Positions 7,842-17,225 of a stretch of DNA of 32,681 bases are shown one piece after another (positions within the stretch are counted from its first letter, which is position 1; every line of letters begins with the position of its first letter). The stretch is from an uncultured bacterium (GTDB taxonomy: Bacteria > Oederibacteriota > PGYV01 > CAILUR01): contig CAILUR010000047.1 of the NCBI GenBank assembly GCA_903837445.1, positions 1-32,681 on the forward strand, read 5' to 3'. The notes beneath the pieces are model-generated. The model saw only the letters and a list, made by a program, of their open reading frames with translations, ran no database searches and had not been told where the DNA came from. The translations under genes were made by a program, and so were the position numbers.

Positions 7842-8711
7842 TTACTTCCTTTCCATTGAAGACAAAATTGATTCTTCATATATACGATGATTTTGTTTTA
7901 CTCTGTTCATTGAGTACAAGTGAATCGCCTTCACTCCATTTTTCACAAGATGATTTATCTGTCCGACCGTATACTGCACTGTTTCTTCACAGACAGGATT
8001 GTATATGTCGCAAGTGGCAGTGGCTTTTATAAAACGCTCTGGGATAGCCACTCCACACATTTTTGTCATCCGTTCCAAGTTGGCAAGTTTTGTAGCCGTC
8101 ATAACTCCCGGCACCAGTGGCACTTTTATTCCTGCTTTTTTCACTGTGTCCGCAAATCTAAAAAAGAAATCATTATCTAAAAACAATTGCGTGGTGATAA
8201 AATCTGCGCCCGCATCCACTTTTTTCTTTAAGTGGTCAATATCTTCTTGTGCGGTCTTCGCTTCAGGATGTTTTTCAGGATACCCAGCCACTCCGACACA
8301 GAAATCCCAATTTTTTTTAATAAAAGCCACGAGGTCTGAGGCATATTGAAAATCTTTTAAAGGATTTTCTGTGCCTAATGGTAAGTCCCCACGCAAAGCC
8401 ATAATGTTTTGAACCTTTTTATTTTTTAACTCATCGAGGATTTTTGCTATGGACTCTTTTGTCGCACCTATGCAGGTCAAATGCGCCAAAGCAGGCAGTT
8501 TATAATGGTTTTCTATCTTGTCGGCGATCTCCACAGTTCTTGATTTTGTCCCCCCGCCAGCGCCATAAGTCACGCTGATATACTCAGGGTTTAAATCTAC
8601 AAGCCCATCCAGGGCCTTAAAAATAACTGATATCTCCGCCTCAGGTTTAGGCGGAAAGATTTCAAGTGAAAACACAAATTTTTTAGTTTGCAATAAATCC
8701 TTTATTTTCAA
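7842..8711 (-). CDS. metF: 5,10-methylenetetrahydrofolate reductase
   Basis: TTG start at 8711 with GGAG 7 nt upstream. Contains FSLEIFPPK, ISVTYGAGG and AHLTC, plus a C-terminal TIM-barrel pattern of the MTHFR family. Confidence 0.85.
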   Translation of the reverse strand: MKIKDLLQTKKFVFSLEIFPPKPEAEISVIFKALDGLVDLNPEYISVTYGAGGGTKSRTVEIADKIENHYKLPALAHLTCIGATKESIAKILDELKNKKVQNIMALRGDLPLGTENPLKDFQYASDLVAFIKKNWDFCVGVAGYPEKHPEAKTAQEDIDHLKKKVDAGADFITTQLFLDNDFFFRFADTVKKAGIKVPLVPGVMTATKLANLERMTKMCGVAIPERFIKATATCDIYNPVCEETVQYTVGQINHLVKNGVKAIHLYSMNRVKQNHRIYEESILSSMERK

Positions 8712-8821
8712 TATATATCTCCGTTAAAATATTATGTAAATTTGACCCAGTTTATCAGTTTTATTTATAAGTTTCAAGCCAAACCATAGGGACACTTTTT
8801 ATTCCCCAGACATTAAACTCA

Positions 8822-9115
8822 TTATAGAACCAAATAGGACCCTGCTACATCAAAACATTTATACTCATTTGAAATATAAATACTGTCTTGATACTTGTCA
8901 AAATCAAGGCACTTCCCTTTTTCTATTATTACATCTGCACTTTCCCCTGGGAATAATACTATTTTATCCACGCCCATATACACTACTTTGACATTATATG
9001 CGCCCGTGGTGGCATTGGTGACATTGATGGTAATATATTGAACCGCAGACGGGGTTTTTACGCAGGAAATAAAAACTCCGAGAATAATAAAAAAAAACAA
9101 TAAAGTTTTTTTCAT
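8822..9115 (-). CDS. Small hypothetical lipoprotein (97 aa)
   Basis: MKKTLLFFFIILGVFISC is a signal peptide plus lipobox-like Cys. Its ATG overlaps the TGA of the upstream oxidoreductase gene (ATGA), suggesting translational coupling. I recognise no family. Confidence 0.5.
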   Translation of the reverse strand: MKKTLLFFFIILGVFISCVKTPSAVQYITINVTNATTGAYNVKVVYMGVDKIVLFPGESADVIIEKGKCLDFDKYQDSIYISNEYKCFDVAGSYLVL

Positions 9116-10137
9116 TTATTCCCTTTAAGATTTATCAGTCTGCCTGTTTTAGCGGCCCGTAGTCCAGCCAGCACCACCGTTGTGGAAAGCATAGCATCTT
9201 TTCCAGAAGAGCTTGCCTTTTCTTTTCCCAAACAAGTTTTCACAAAATTTCCGCAAGGATTTCCAAGTGGACTTTTTTTTGGTATTTTAGGTTTTAATAT
9301 TTTTTTTACTCTTTCAGGATGCGCGGGGTCTACAATACATATCTCAACAGTTTTATTTATGCCATCAAAAACTACTTTGCCTTTTTGTCCATAAAGAGTC
9401 ATACTCATTTCACTCGGTCGTGCCGTCCACGAGGCTTCAAACTCCCCTGTAGTGCCATCGGTAAACTTTACCACCGCTGTAAAATTATCATCCACTTTCA
9501 TTCCCTTTGTCATAGAAGACATTTGCGCACCTATGGTCTGCGCTTCTTTACCTGTAACAAATCTAATCAAATCATATATATGCACTCCCAAATCTACAGA
9601 AGCGCCACCACCTGATTGTGCAAAATCGGTAAACCAAATCGAACCAGGTCGCCAATGTTCAAAACCAGAATACCCAAGTTTTCCCCGAAGGCTTTCTACT
9701 TTTCCTATCACTCCTGCTTGTATTTGTGCTCTGAGTTCATATGCCGCTGGATTAAAACGCCAATTATGATTCACCGCAAGCAGACATTTATTTTCAGTGG
9801 CAGTAGAAATCATTTTTTTTATTTCTTTTACAGAAAGCGCCATAGGTTTTTCCACAAATACATTTACCCCGTGTTCAAGCGCGTATATGGCGACAGGGGC
9901 GTGTAGATAATTTGGAGTACATATGGCAACGGCATCCACACTTTTGGAAGCTATCATTAGTTTATAGTTTTTAAAAATGTTTGGGATATCAAACTCAGCA
10001 GCAAGCGTCTTTGCCTTTTCCATAGTGCCACTACAGACCCCAGTTAGAACACAGCCCTGTGCTGCTTTAAAACCTGGAGCGTGCAAGGTGCGCGCTATTT
10101 TACCTGCGCCTATTATTCCTACCCTTAATGGCTTCAT
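9112..10137 (-). CDS. Gfo/Idh/MocA-family NAD(P)-dependent oxidoreductase
   Basis: N-terminal Rossmann motif VGIIGAGKIAR and the family EKP motif (VFVEKPMA). 341 aa. Confidence 0.85.
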   Translation of the reverse strand: MKPLRVGIIGAGKIARTLHAPGFKAAQGCVLTGVCSGTMEKAKTLAAEFDIPNIFKNYKLMIASKSVDAVAICTPNYLHAPVAIYALEHGVNVFVEKPMALSVKEIKKMISTATENKCLLAVNHNWRFNPAAYELRAQIQAGVIGKVESLRGKLGYSGFEHWRPGSIWFTDFAQSGGGASVDLGVHIYDLIRFVTGKEAQTIGAQMSSMTKGMKVDDNFTAVVKFTDGTTGEFEASWTARPSEMSMTLYGQKGKVVFDGINKTVEICIVDPAHPERVKKILKPKIPKKSPLGNPCGNFVKTCLGKEKASSSGKDAMLSTTVVLAGLRAAKTGRLINLKGNK

Positions 10138-10141
10138 TTAA

Positions 10142-11899
10142 TCATACCTTTTTTTTCGGTTTTATCGCTTTTTTAGGACACAGTGTGACACACATAGCAC
10201 ACCCATTGCACACCAAAGGATTTATAAAGGCTTTCCCTGTGCCTGCTTCTTTTTCTATAGCCGGACAACCCAGTTTAAAACACTCGCCCGCTGCCCCGCA
10301 AAGAGCACTGTCCACTTCAAACAAAACCGAAAGCTTTGATTTATTAATCAACACGCAATCGCGTTTGGCTATGATAACTTTTGACCCTGTTTTAGTAAGC
10401 ATATCTTCTATAATGTGCTTAGTCATTTTCATATTATATGGGTCCACTACGGCAATATGTTGCACTCCCATAGCAGTCACTACTTTTTCTATATCAATAT
10501 TTGTAGTCTGGTCGCCTGTCAAGGTATTGCCTGCCCCTGGATGTGATTGTCTTCCAGTCATTGCTGTGGTGCGATTATCCAAAATTATGGTAAGGGTGTT
10601 CCCCCGATTATAAACTACATTCGCAATTCCTGTGAGTCCGGAATGCATAAAAGTGGAGTCGCCTATAACAGCTACTATTTTATTATTTGGCACTCCAGCC
10701 TTTTCCAAGCCGTGTGCGTGATTAATAGAGGCACCCATATCCACGCAAGTGTCCATAGCCGACAAAGGCGGCAAAGCCCCAAGTGTATAACAGCCAATAT
10801 CTCCAGTCACAGTTAAATTCATTTTCGACAAAGCGTAAAAGACACCACGGTGCGGACAACCAGCACAGAGGACAGGAGGTCTGCCTGGGACTGGATTCAT
10901 ATTTCCCGTTCCCTGTTTTTTAAGTCCCATCTTATTTTTAAAACACTCCCTGATAATATCCGGAGTGAACTCTCCAAAAATAGGAAAAATATCTTTGCCG
11001 TGTACTTTAAAGCCAGCGGTTTTTAATTGTTCCTCTACAAAAGGTTGCATTTCTTCGACTACATAAACCTTTTTATGTTTGTTAATAAACTTTTTTAGGT
11101 TTTCCATTGGCAGTGGATTTAACATTCCCAATTTATAAACTGATTTGTCTGGAAAAATTTCTTTTACATACTCATACGAAATTCCTGAAGTGATAAACCC
11201 CACATCTTTGGATAAAAGTTCTTCTGTGTTAAGAGTGGTCGCCTCAGAAAAGTTTTTTAGTTTTGGTTGTTTTTCAAGCAGGACTTTTCCCTGTCTTATC
11301 GCATTCATAGGCATCATCACATATTTTGCTGCTGGCACATTGAGTGGTTTTTTTATAAAATCAGGTTTAAAGTTTTCATTTATTTCCACCACACTTTTTG
11401 AATGCGCCACTCTGGTGGTAATACGCACTAAAACCGGAATATCAAATTTTTCGCTTATGGCGAAGGCCTCTTTTACAAAATCCTTGGCTTCCTGTGAATT
11501 AGCTGGTTCTAAAACAGGCACTTGGGCAAATTTCCCCAACACCCGATTATCCTGTTCGTTTTGTGAGGAATGCATACCAGGATCGTCCGCCGATATCACT
11601 ACAAGCCCTGCGTTTATTCCAGTATATGCCAGCGTCATAAACGCATCCAAAGCCACATTTAAACCCACATGTTTCATAGTGACCAGCGCACGGGCACCTC
11701 CTAAAGACATACCTGTGGCTACTTCTAGTGCTACTTTTTCATTTGTGGACCACTCGGCGTAAACGCCTTCGTATTTTACATAATTTTCTAATATTTCCGT
11801 GGAGGGTGTGCCTGGATATCCCGCGGCGCATTTTACTCCCGCCTCGTATGCCCCTCTCGCTATAGCTTCATTACCTGACATTAATATTCTTTTACTCAC
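10142..11899 (-). CDS. iorA: Indolepyruvate:ferredoxin oxidoreductase, alpha subunit
   Basis: GTG start at 11899 with GGAG 5 nt upstream. Contains GYPGTPSTEI, the TPP motif IGDSTFMHSG, and C-terminal ferredoxin-like Cys clusters (CGAAGECFKLGCP, CNGCAMCVTLCP). 585 aa. Confidence 0.9.
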   Translation of the reverse strand: MSKRILMSGNEAIARGAYEAGVKCAAGYPGTPSTEILENYVKYEGVYAEWSTNEKVALEVATGMSLGGARALVTMKHVGLNVALDAFMTLAYTGINAGLVVISADDPGMHSSQNEQDNRVLGKFAQVPVLEPANSQEAKDFVKEAFAISEKFDIPVLVRITTRVAHSKSVVEINENFKPDFIKKPLNVPAAKYVMMPMNAIRQGKVLLEKQPKLKNFSEATTLNTEELLSKDVGFITSGISYEYVKEIFPDKSVYKLGMLNPLPMENLKKFINKHKKVYVVEEMQPFVEEQLKTAGFKVHGKDIFPIFGEFTPDIIRECFKNKMGLKKQGTGNMNPVPGRPPVLCAGCPHRGVFYALSKMNLTVTGDIGCYTLGALPPLSAMDTCVDMGASINHAHGLEKAGVPNNKIVAVIGDSTFMHSGLTGIANVVYNRGNTLTIILDNRTTAMTGRQSHPGAGNTLTGDQTTNIDIEKVVTAMGVQHIAVVDPYNMKMTKHIIEDMLTKTGSKVIIAKRDCVLINKSKLSVLFEVDSALCGAAGECFKLGCPAIEKEAGTGKAFINPLVCNGCAMCVTLCPKKAIKPKKKV

Positions 11900-11917
11900 A
11901 TTTGCTCCATTTTTTTG

Positions 11918-12349
11918 TTAAATTTTACTTACATCTCCGGCAGTTAATATTTTTACTTTTTTAGCCGTAAGTTTTACTATGGACTCATCTGTTTTGTCCA
12001 CTCTAAAAACTAAAACCGCATTGTTATTATTCTTTTCCACAAACGCATACATATATTCTATATTTATTTCTTCATCTTTAAATACTTTAAGTACCTTATC
12101 CAGCCCGCCAGGAGTATCTTCCACCTCCACCGCGATAATGTCTGTGGTCTTTACCACCACATTTGCTTCTTTTAAAACTTTAACGGCTTTATCAGGTTCA
12201 TCCACAATAATCCGTAGGACACCAAAATCTTTAGTATCCGCGAGAGCCAGTGCCCGAATATTTACGCCTGTTTTTGCGAGAATTTCTATGACCTGTGCCA
12301 ACCTACCAGCTTTATTTTCAAGAAAAATTGAAAGTTGAACTATTTTCAT
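11918..12349 (-). CDS. Tandem ACT-domain protein
   Basis: Starting at the ATG at 12349 (GGAG 6 nt upstream) gives MKIVQLSIFLENKAGRL. A second ACT-like repeat begins at AVEVEDTPGGL. This is a typical small regulatory protein in ior/paaK clusters. Confidence 0.75.
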   Translation of the reverse strand: MKIVQLSIFLENKAGRLAQVIEILAKTGVNIRALALADTKDFGVLRIIVDEPDKAVKVLKEANVVVKTTDIIAVEVEDTPGGLDKVLKVFKDEEINIEYMYAFVEKNNNNAVLVFRVDKTDESIVKLTAKKVKILTAGDVSKI

Positions 12350-12376
12350 AAACACCTCCAGAGAACGGGTTCTATT

Positions 12377-13678
12377 TTATATCTTTCTCTTATCTATTAT
12401 TCGCTTTGCTTTGCCTTCGCTTCTCGCTATAGTCTTTGGCTCCACCAGTTTCACTTTTACCCCTATCCCGAGTATAGTAAATATTTCTTTAGCTATCTTT
12501 TTTTCCAAATCTTCTAGTACTTTTATCTCATCTGAGAATATTTTTTCGTTTACTTCCACTTGGACTTCCAATTCATCCAGTCCGTGTTCAGCCCTATCTA
12601 TAATTATCTGATAATGCGGTTCCACTCCCTCTATGTTCATTATGACCATTTCTATTTCTGACGGGAACACATTTACCCCTCTGATAATAAGCATATCATC
12701 TGTTCTACCACTGAGACGCTCCATTCTCCGTAATGTCCTGCCACACGCACACTGTGTGGGAAGCAGACGGGTGATATCGCGCGTCCGATACCGAATAAGT
12801 GGAATCCCTTCTTTTGTGATACAGGTAAAGACCAGTTCTCCCGCCACTCCATCCGGCACATTTTTCCCAGTCGCAGGGTCTATTATTTCCGGAATAAAAT
12901 GATCTTCAAATATATGTAGTCCATTTTTTTGCAGACACTCATTTGCGACTCCAGGTCCCATTATTTCAGAAAGCCCGTATATATCCAGCGCGTCTATGCC
13001 CCACATTTTTTCTATGTCGCGGCGCATATTTTCCGACCAAGGCTCGGCACCGAATAAACCTGCTTTGAGTTTAAGTTTTGATCTGTCGAGATGCATTTCT
13101 TTGGCTGTCTCAGCCAGGTTAAGCGCGTATGAAGGCGTACAGGTGAGCATTGTAGAACCGAAGTCCTCCATAATTTTTAACTGCCTCTGCGAGTTGCCAC
13201 CTGACACTGGTATGACAGTCGCACCGAGTTTTTCCGCGCCATAATGCACTCCCAAGCCGCCTGTAAAAAGTCCATACCCGTAAGCATTATGAATTATGTC
13301 ATCTTTTGTACCACCCGCCATAGTAATACAACGCGCAATAAGTTCAGCCCAGACTTCAATATCATTTTTAGTATAGCCGACCACAGTCATTTTTCCAGTA
13401 GTCCCAGAAGAAGCGTGTATCCTACAAATATCTTTCATAGGAGCGGCAAAAAGCCCGTAGGGATAATTATCCCGCATATCTTGTTTTGTCGTAAACGGCA
13501 GTTTCGATAAATCAGCTACGCTTTTTATATCTTTTGGTGAGACGCCTGCCTCATCAAATTTTTTTTTGTAAAAAGGCACTTTTTCATAAACGCGGCGAAC
13601 CGTTTTTATAAGCCTTTCTGATTGCAGTTTTTCCAATTCCTCGCGAGACATACTTTCCGCTTTAGAATAAAATTCCAT
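12377..13678 (-). CDS. paaK: Phenylacetate-CoA ligase family adenylate-forming enzyme
   Basis: 433 aa with the N-terminal SREELEKLQ...L pattern, AMP-binding motif SSGTTGK, and YGLSE. Its start overlaps the iorB 3' end by 17 nt. Confidence 0.9.
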   Translation of the reverse strand: MEFYSKAESMSREELEKLQSERLIKTVRRVYEKVPFYKKKFDEAGVSPKDIKSVADLSKLPFTTKQDMRDNYPYGLFAAPMKDICRIHASSGTTGKMTVVGYTKNDIEVWAELIARCITMAGGTKDDIIHNAYGYGLFTGGLGVHYGAEKLGATVIPVSGGNSQRQLKIMEDFGSTMLTCTPSYALNLAETAKEMHLDRSKLKLKAGLFGAEPWSENMRRDIEKMWGIDALDIYGLSEIMGPGVANECLQKNGLHIFEDHFIPEIIDPATGKNVPDGVAGELVFTCITKEGIPLIRYRTRDITRLLPTQCACGRTLRRMERLSGRTDDMLIIRGVNVFPSEIEMVIMNIEGVEPHYQIIIDRAEHGLDELEVQVEVNEKIFSDEIKVLEDLEKKIAKEIFTILGIGVKVKLVEPKTIARSEGKAKRIIDKRKI

Positions 13679-14249
13679 TTTTCACCAGCTCCTTTCCTTT
13701 TTTAAAAGCAGCTATGTTCATTTCCACTGCTTTCCCGACGCGTTTTTCAAAAGCTGTTTTAAACTCCGTGGCTTCATAATTTAAAAACTTACATAAGGCG
13801 CCAGTCATAATACTATTGAGCGCCCTAATATCTCCAAGGTTCTCCGCTTCTTCAGTCCCATTTATAAAATAAGTTTTTTTATGATTGAGGGCTTTTCTGA
13901 CTTCGGGATATGGGGCGGCACCGTTTAGATACATCCCAATAGGTGTGATTTGTTGTGTATTTACAACGACTTCGGTTTTTTCGGTAATGTGGTCTTTCCA
14001 GCGCAGAGCTTCCATAAGTTCAAAAGAGAGAAAGTAATCTATATTGTTTTTCTCAGGCATAGGAGAAGCCACTTTTTTGCCAAGACGCACAAAACTATGC
14101 ACGACTCCGCCTCTTTGTGACATCCCGTGAATTTCGGATTTTTTCACATCCAGCCCACGGGACATAGCTATATCAGAAATAATATCCGAAGCACTGACAA
14201 TTCCCTGTCCGCCAACTCCCACGATTAGAATATCAATAGTATTTTTCAT
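13662..14249 (-). CDS. iorB: Indolepyruvate:ferredoxin oxidoreductase, beta subunit
   Basis: 195 aa. N-terminal [16 protein letters not shown] motif of the oxidoreductase gamma/IorB-type domain. AGGAG lies upstream of the ATG. Confidence 0.85.
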   Translation of the reverse strand: MKNTIDILIVGVGGQGIVSASDIISDIAMSRGLDVKKSEIHGMSQRGGVVHSFVRLGKKVASPMPEKNNIDYFLSFELMEALRWKDHITEKTEVVVNTQQITPIGMYLNGAAPYPEVRKALNHKKTYFINGTEEAENLGDIRALNSIMTGALCKFLNYEATEFKTAFEKRVGKAVEMNIAAFKKGKELVKNGILF

Positions 14250-14279
14250 TTTGCTCCTGTGTAAATGTTAAACACAAGT

Positions 14280-14308
14280 ATTTTACAGGATTTTATAGGT
14301 AGTGACAA
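14280..14308 (-). promoter_or_regulatory. Candidate sigma70 promoter for the iorB operon
   Basis: The minus strand reads TTGTCA-17 nt-TAAAAT, which would place a start site about 25 nt upstream of the iorB ATG. This is a motif match only, in AT-rich DNA. Confidence 0.4.
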
Positions 14309-14408
14309 TATAAAACATTAGTAAATAAGAAATTAAAAAGGTGGGTTAAAGTTCGTGTTATATGTTTTTAATTTAAGTGCAAACTCGCAAAAAAGCAAAA
14401 ACCTTTTT

Positions 14409-17168
14409 TTAATTGCCTTTTTTCAGCGCTATAAGTTTTATTATTGTTTTAGTAGCATTGTCAGGTTCTACCACAAGATAATATACCCCTGAGGCTAAGT
14501 TTGTCGGTGCCTTTTCTTTGTTAACTATTATTAAATCTCCAGTTTGTTTTAGTGGCAATGTATATTGATAGACAAGCCTGTAGGCAGCGGTGTAAAGTTT
14601 TACAGTGCAGACAGAACTTGAAAGCACTTTTTTCAACCGTACTGTAATATCTTCCCCTTCATTCCACGGATTAGGCCAGACCACATCGTGAGAAACTGGT
14701 GTGGGAGTTCCCGATATCCCCGGCGTGTTAGTATTTACAGCAGTGGCGGTAATGGTAGGTGTGCTCGTGGCTGATGGTATTAAAACAGTATGCGTTATTG
14801 TTGGAGTATTAGTGAGAGTCAGCGTTATTGTCGTAGTAAAGGTCACGGTAAATGTATTCGTCGGTGTTGCAGTTTCGGTGCTCGTCTGCGTCACGGTATT
14901 TGTAGATGTTTCAGTTACCGTCTCCGTGTGCGTGAAAGTCGGCGTGGGCGAAACTATAGGAGTGTTCGTAGAGGTCTCTGTTATTGTGGAAGTATTTGTC
15001 ACAGTAAAAGTAGGGGTGACTGTGCCTGTCACTGTGGTTGTGCTTGTCATAGTAAAAGTCCCTGTAGGCGTACTGGTCTCTGTCATAGTGGGAGATGCCG
15101 TATGCGTCTGAGTTATAGTTGGCGTGAAAACTGGAGACACGGTCGCCGTAGCGGTCTTTGTAGCAGTTGCAGTTACCGTGCAAGTATTTGTCGGTGTTGA
15201 AGTATTTGTTTGCGTGGTTGTATTCGTAGGCGGAGGCGTATTAGAAGCCGTCGCGGTTGGAGTGTTGGTCTTTGTCGCCGTAGCAGTATTTGTTTGTGTA
15301 ATTGTATTAGAATCTGTGGCAGTTGGTGTGGCTGTCTTTGTTGCTGTAACTGTATTGGTCTGAGTTCCAGTGTAAGAAACTGTCGCAGTCGGACTGGCAG
15401 TCTTTGTATAAGTAGCCGTGCTCGTTTTCGTAAAGGTAGGTGTGCTCGTGGCTGTTTTTTGTGGCGTATAAGTTGGTGTGATTGTTACCGTAGCCGAAGT
15501 GGTGCCTGTCGCAGTCACAGTGGCCGTCGGTATAGCACACATAATTTGCAAATCATCCACATAAAGTTTATTGCCGTTAGCAGTCCCCTTACCATCAAGA
15601 GTATTTAATATTATTATGAACCTAAGAGATTTTACAGTAGATATAGCTCCTTGTACCGTAGCCGTAACAGCCGATGCTCCCCAATTTCCAAGAAAACTCG
15701 ACCACGGAATTGTCACTAATGTATATGAATTTGATAAGTTCGCAGTAATATCTGCAAATGGATAAGAACCATCTGTTATAGTCGGAGAAGTAAATCCCAC
15801 CCTGAAAGCCACAGTGGAACCTGTACTTGCATTGCCTTTCATAGCAAAACGAATACCCGCGGTATTACTATAATTCACATCTGCTCCCGCCACTGGAGTA
15901 ACAGGCATATCAAAAATTACACCTGGCCAGGTAGCAGTACTAGAAGTAAGATCCGCAGTATAAAGCCCAGCCACATTCCCCGAATAAGCATCAGCAGTAA
16001 CAGTCATAGCTCCAGTCCCACCTGTATCCGCACCAATTAAAACAAGCCCATCCACATTATTAAGTTTTACTTGCCCATCCTCATAATTTGAAATCATTTT
16101 TGGATTGCCCCACACATATACCGGTGTCGGTGTAAAAGCCGCTATGGTTAAACTTGATTCGCTCTTTATGGCATTTGAGATATCTGTTGTTCCGGCAAGA
16201 TTATTTACCGACCACATTGCCGTTCCTTTCATTCCCATTTGTTTTGCCCAATCTATTTTATCTTTCCAACCTTGCACATCTGTAAACCAAAGTCCACCAT
16301 AAGAACCCTCTTTCGCCATAGTGTCATACGGAGGCGAAAAAGTTCCGTGTGCATTCCAAGCTGTTTTTGCAGAGACTTTTCCATATTCCCCATATGTAGG
16401 AAGTCCAAGAATAACTTTAGCTGGTGGGAAACCTCTATCATTTGTCATACTTTTATAAAAGCCGTATATGGATGACTCAAATGTCCATTGTTTACCATTT
16501 TTATCTGCACTTCCGGTCTGTGCTCCTCCAAACCAGCGAAGAGGTGCATTATAATTATTTCCCCAATCATAGCCCGACTGAATAGCGTAATCGCAATAGT
16601 TACCGAGTTGCCCAAAATCAAACCCCTGATCGTTTGCGCCAGTAGTCGTATAAAATGTCAGTATGGGAGTTGTTGAGTCATATGCTTTTGTAGCTCCAGT
16701 TTGAAGTTTGTTATAAAGTAACAACATTGTAGCTGTAAAATTATCCGTATCAGTAGCCGCTGGATATTCCCAGTCAATATCTACTCCGTCATACCCATAC
16801 AGGGCAAGAAGAGCATATATATTATTTACGAAGTTGACTCGATTGGCAGCCGTGCAAGCGCCTGAGAATCCGCTGGAATTTCCGCTTCCACCGAGAGATA
16901 TCAGTGCGTAGGTAGAGTTTGTGTGTGCAGGACCTGTTATACCTGTTTTGCCTGCGGCAGTCATACTAATGGTACCGTTTGAGGCAGGGATTCCGAAAGC
17001 ATCAATGACATGACTATATGTATTCCAGTCTATAGCTGGCATAGTACCTGCCCAGTTAATATATCCCATAGACAAATATCCACCAAGACTTGCTTTTGCA
17101 TTTACCACGGGCACCATAAAAACCATCAGCCCCAATACTACAAAAATTCCCCTCATAACTTTTTTCAT
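14409..17168 (-). CDS. Secreted GH18 (chitinase-family) glycoside hydrolase with CBM-like domain, Thr-rich stalk and T9SS-like C-terminal domain (paralogue 1)
   Basis: Starting at the ATG at 17168 (AGGAGA 9 nt upstream) gives the signal peptide [24 protein letters not shown]. The GH18 catalytic motif [10 protein letters not shown] lies at 16767-16790, with SLGG and MWSV strands. A central beta-sandwich-like domain ends in LYVDDLQI. The Thr-rich region spans about 14685-15537. The 91-aa tail reads VVWPNPW...GVYYLVVEP. Confidence 0.8.
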   Translation of the reverse strand: MKKVMRGIFVVLGLMVFMVPVVNAKASLGGYLSMGYINWAGTMPAIDWNTYSHVIDAFGIPASNGTISMTAAGKTGITGPAHTNSTYALISLGGSGNSSGFSGACTAANRVNFVNNIYALLALYGYDGVDIDWEYPAATDTDNFTATMLLLYNKLQTGATKAYDSTTPILTFYTTTGANDQGFDFGQLGNYCDYAIQSGYDWGNNYNAPLRWFGGAQTGSADKNGKQWTFESSIYGFYKSMTNDRGFPPAKVILGLPTYGEYGKVSAKTAWNAHGTFSPPYDTMAKEGSYGGLWFTDVQGWKDKIDWAKQMGMKGTAMWSVNNLAGTTDISNAIKSESSLTIAAFTPTPVYVWGNPKMISNYEDGQVKLNNVDGLVLIGADTGGTGAMTVTADAYSGNVAGLYTADLTSSTATWPGVIFDMPVTPVAGADVNYSNTAGIRFAMKGNASTGSTVAFRVGFTSPTITDGSYPFADITANLSNSYTLVTIPWSSFLGNWGASAVTATVQGAISTVKSLRFIIILNTLDGKGTANGNKLYVDDLQIMCAIPTATVTATGTTSATVTITPTYTPQKTATSTPTFTKTSTATYTKTASPTATVSYTGTQTNTVTATKTATPTATDSNTITQTNTATATKTNTPTATASNTPPPTNTTTQTNTSTPTNTCTVTATATKTATATVSPVFTPTITQTHTASPTMTETSTPTGTFTMTSTTTVTGTVTPTFTVTNTSTITETSTNTPIVSPTPTFTHTETVTETSTNTVTQTSTETATPTNTFTVTFTTTITLTLTNTPTITHTVLIPSATSTPTITATAVNTNTPGISGTPTPVSHDVVWPNPWNEGEDITVRLKKVLSSSVCTVKLYTAAYRLVYQYTLPLKQTGDLIIVNKEKAPTNLASGVYYLVVEPDNATKTIIKLIALKKGN
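14421..15168 (-). repeat. Copy A of a ~750-bp near-identical segment shared by the two GH18 genes (partner at 17247-17988)
   Basis: By-eye DNA alignment shows only scattered substitutions and small indels. At protein level I count 11 differences in a 132-aa stalk stretch and 9 in 88 aa of the C-terminal domain. The GH18 domains are far more diverged. Confidence 0.8.
15198..15396 (-). repeat. Three imperfect in-frame 22-codon (66-bp) tandem repeats inside the Thr-rich stalk of paralogue 1
   Basis: Units read [22 protein letters not shown] / [22 protein letters not shown] / [22 protein letters not shown]. Confidence 0.55.
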
Positions 17169-17225
17169 AGTAATATTTCTCCTAAAAAACATTTATAACA
17201 ATTTTAAACTTTCACGCTTGTCTCT

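Noticed and set aside
8712-8821. SAM (S-box) riboswitch or T-box leader upstream of metF.
   Set aside because: The region is only 110 nt and very AT-rich, and lacks the conserved GC-rich helices of SAM-I leaders. It reads more simply as a promoter (TTGAAA-17-TAAACT on the minus strand at 8749-8777) plus a short leader.
14701-15608. Plus-strand ORFs of 77-136 aa (14701-15111, 14790-15200, 15124-15363, 15210-15608) and off-frame minus-strand ORFs (14911-15183, 15307-15540), encoding Val-, Cys/Arg- or His/Tyr/Asp-rich peptides.
   Set aside because: They lie entirely inside the Thr-rich stalk of GH18 paralogue 1. ACN codon runs read on the opposite strand give NGT (Val/Gly/Cys/Arg), and in shifted frames give stop-free junk. 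None has an SD or an independent signal.
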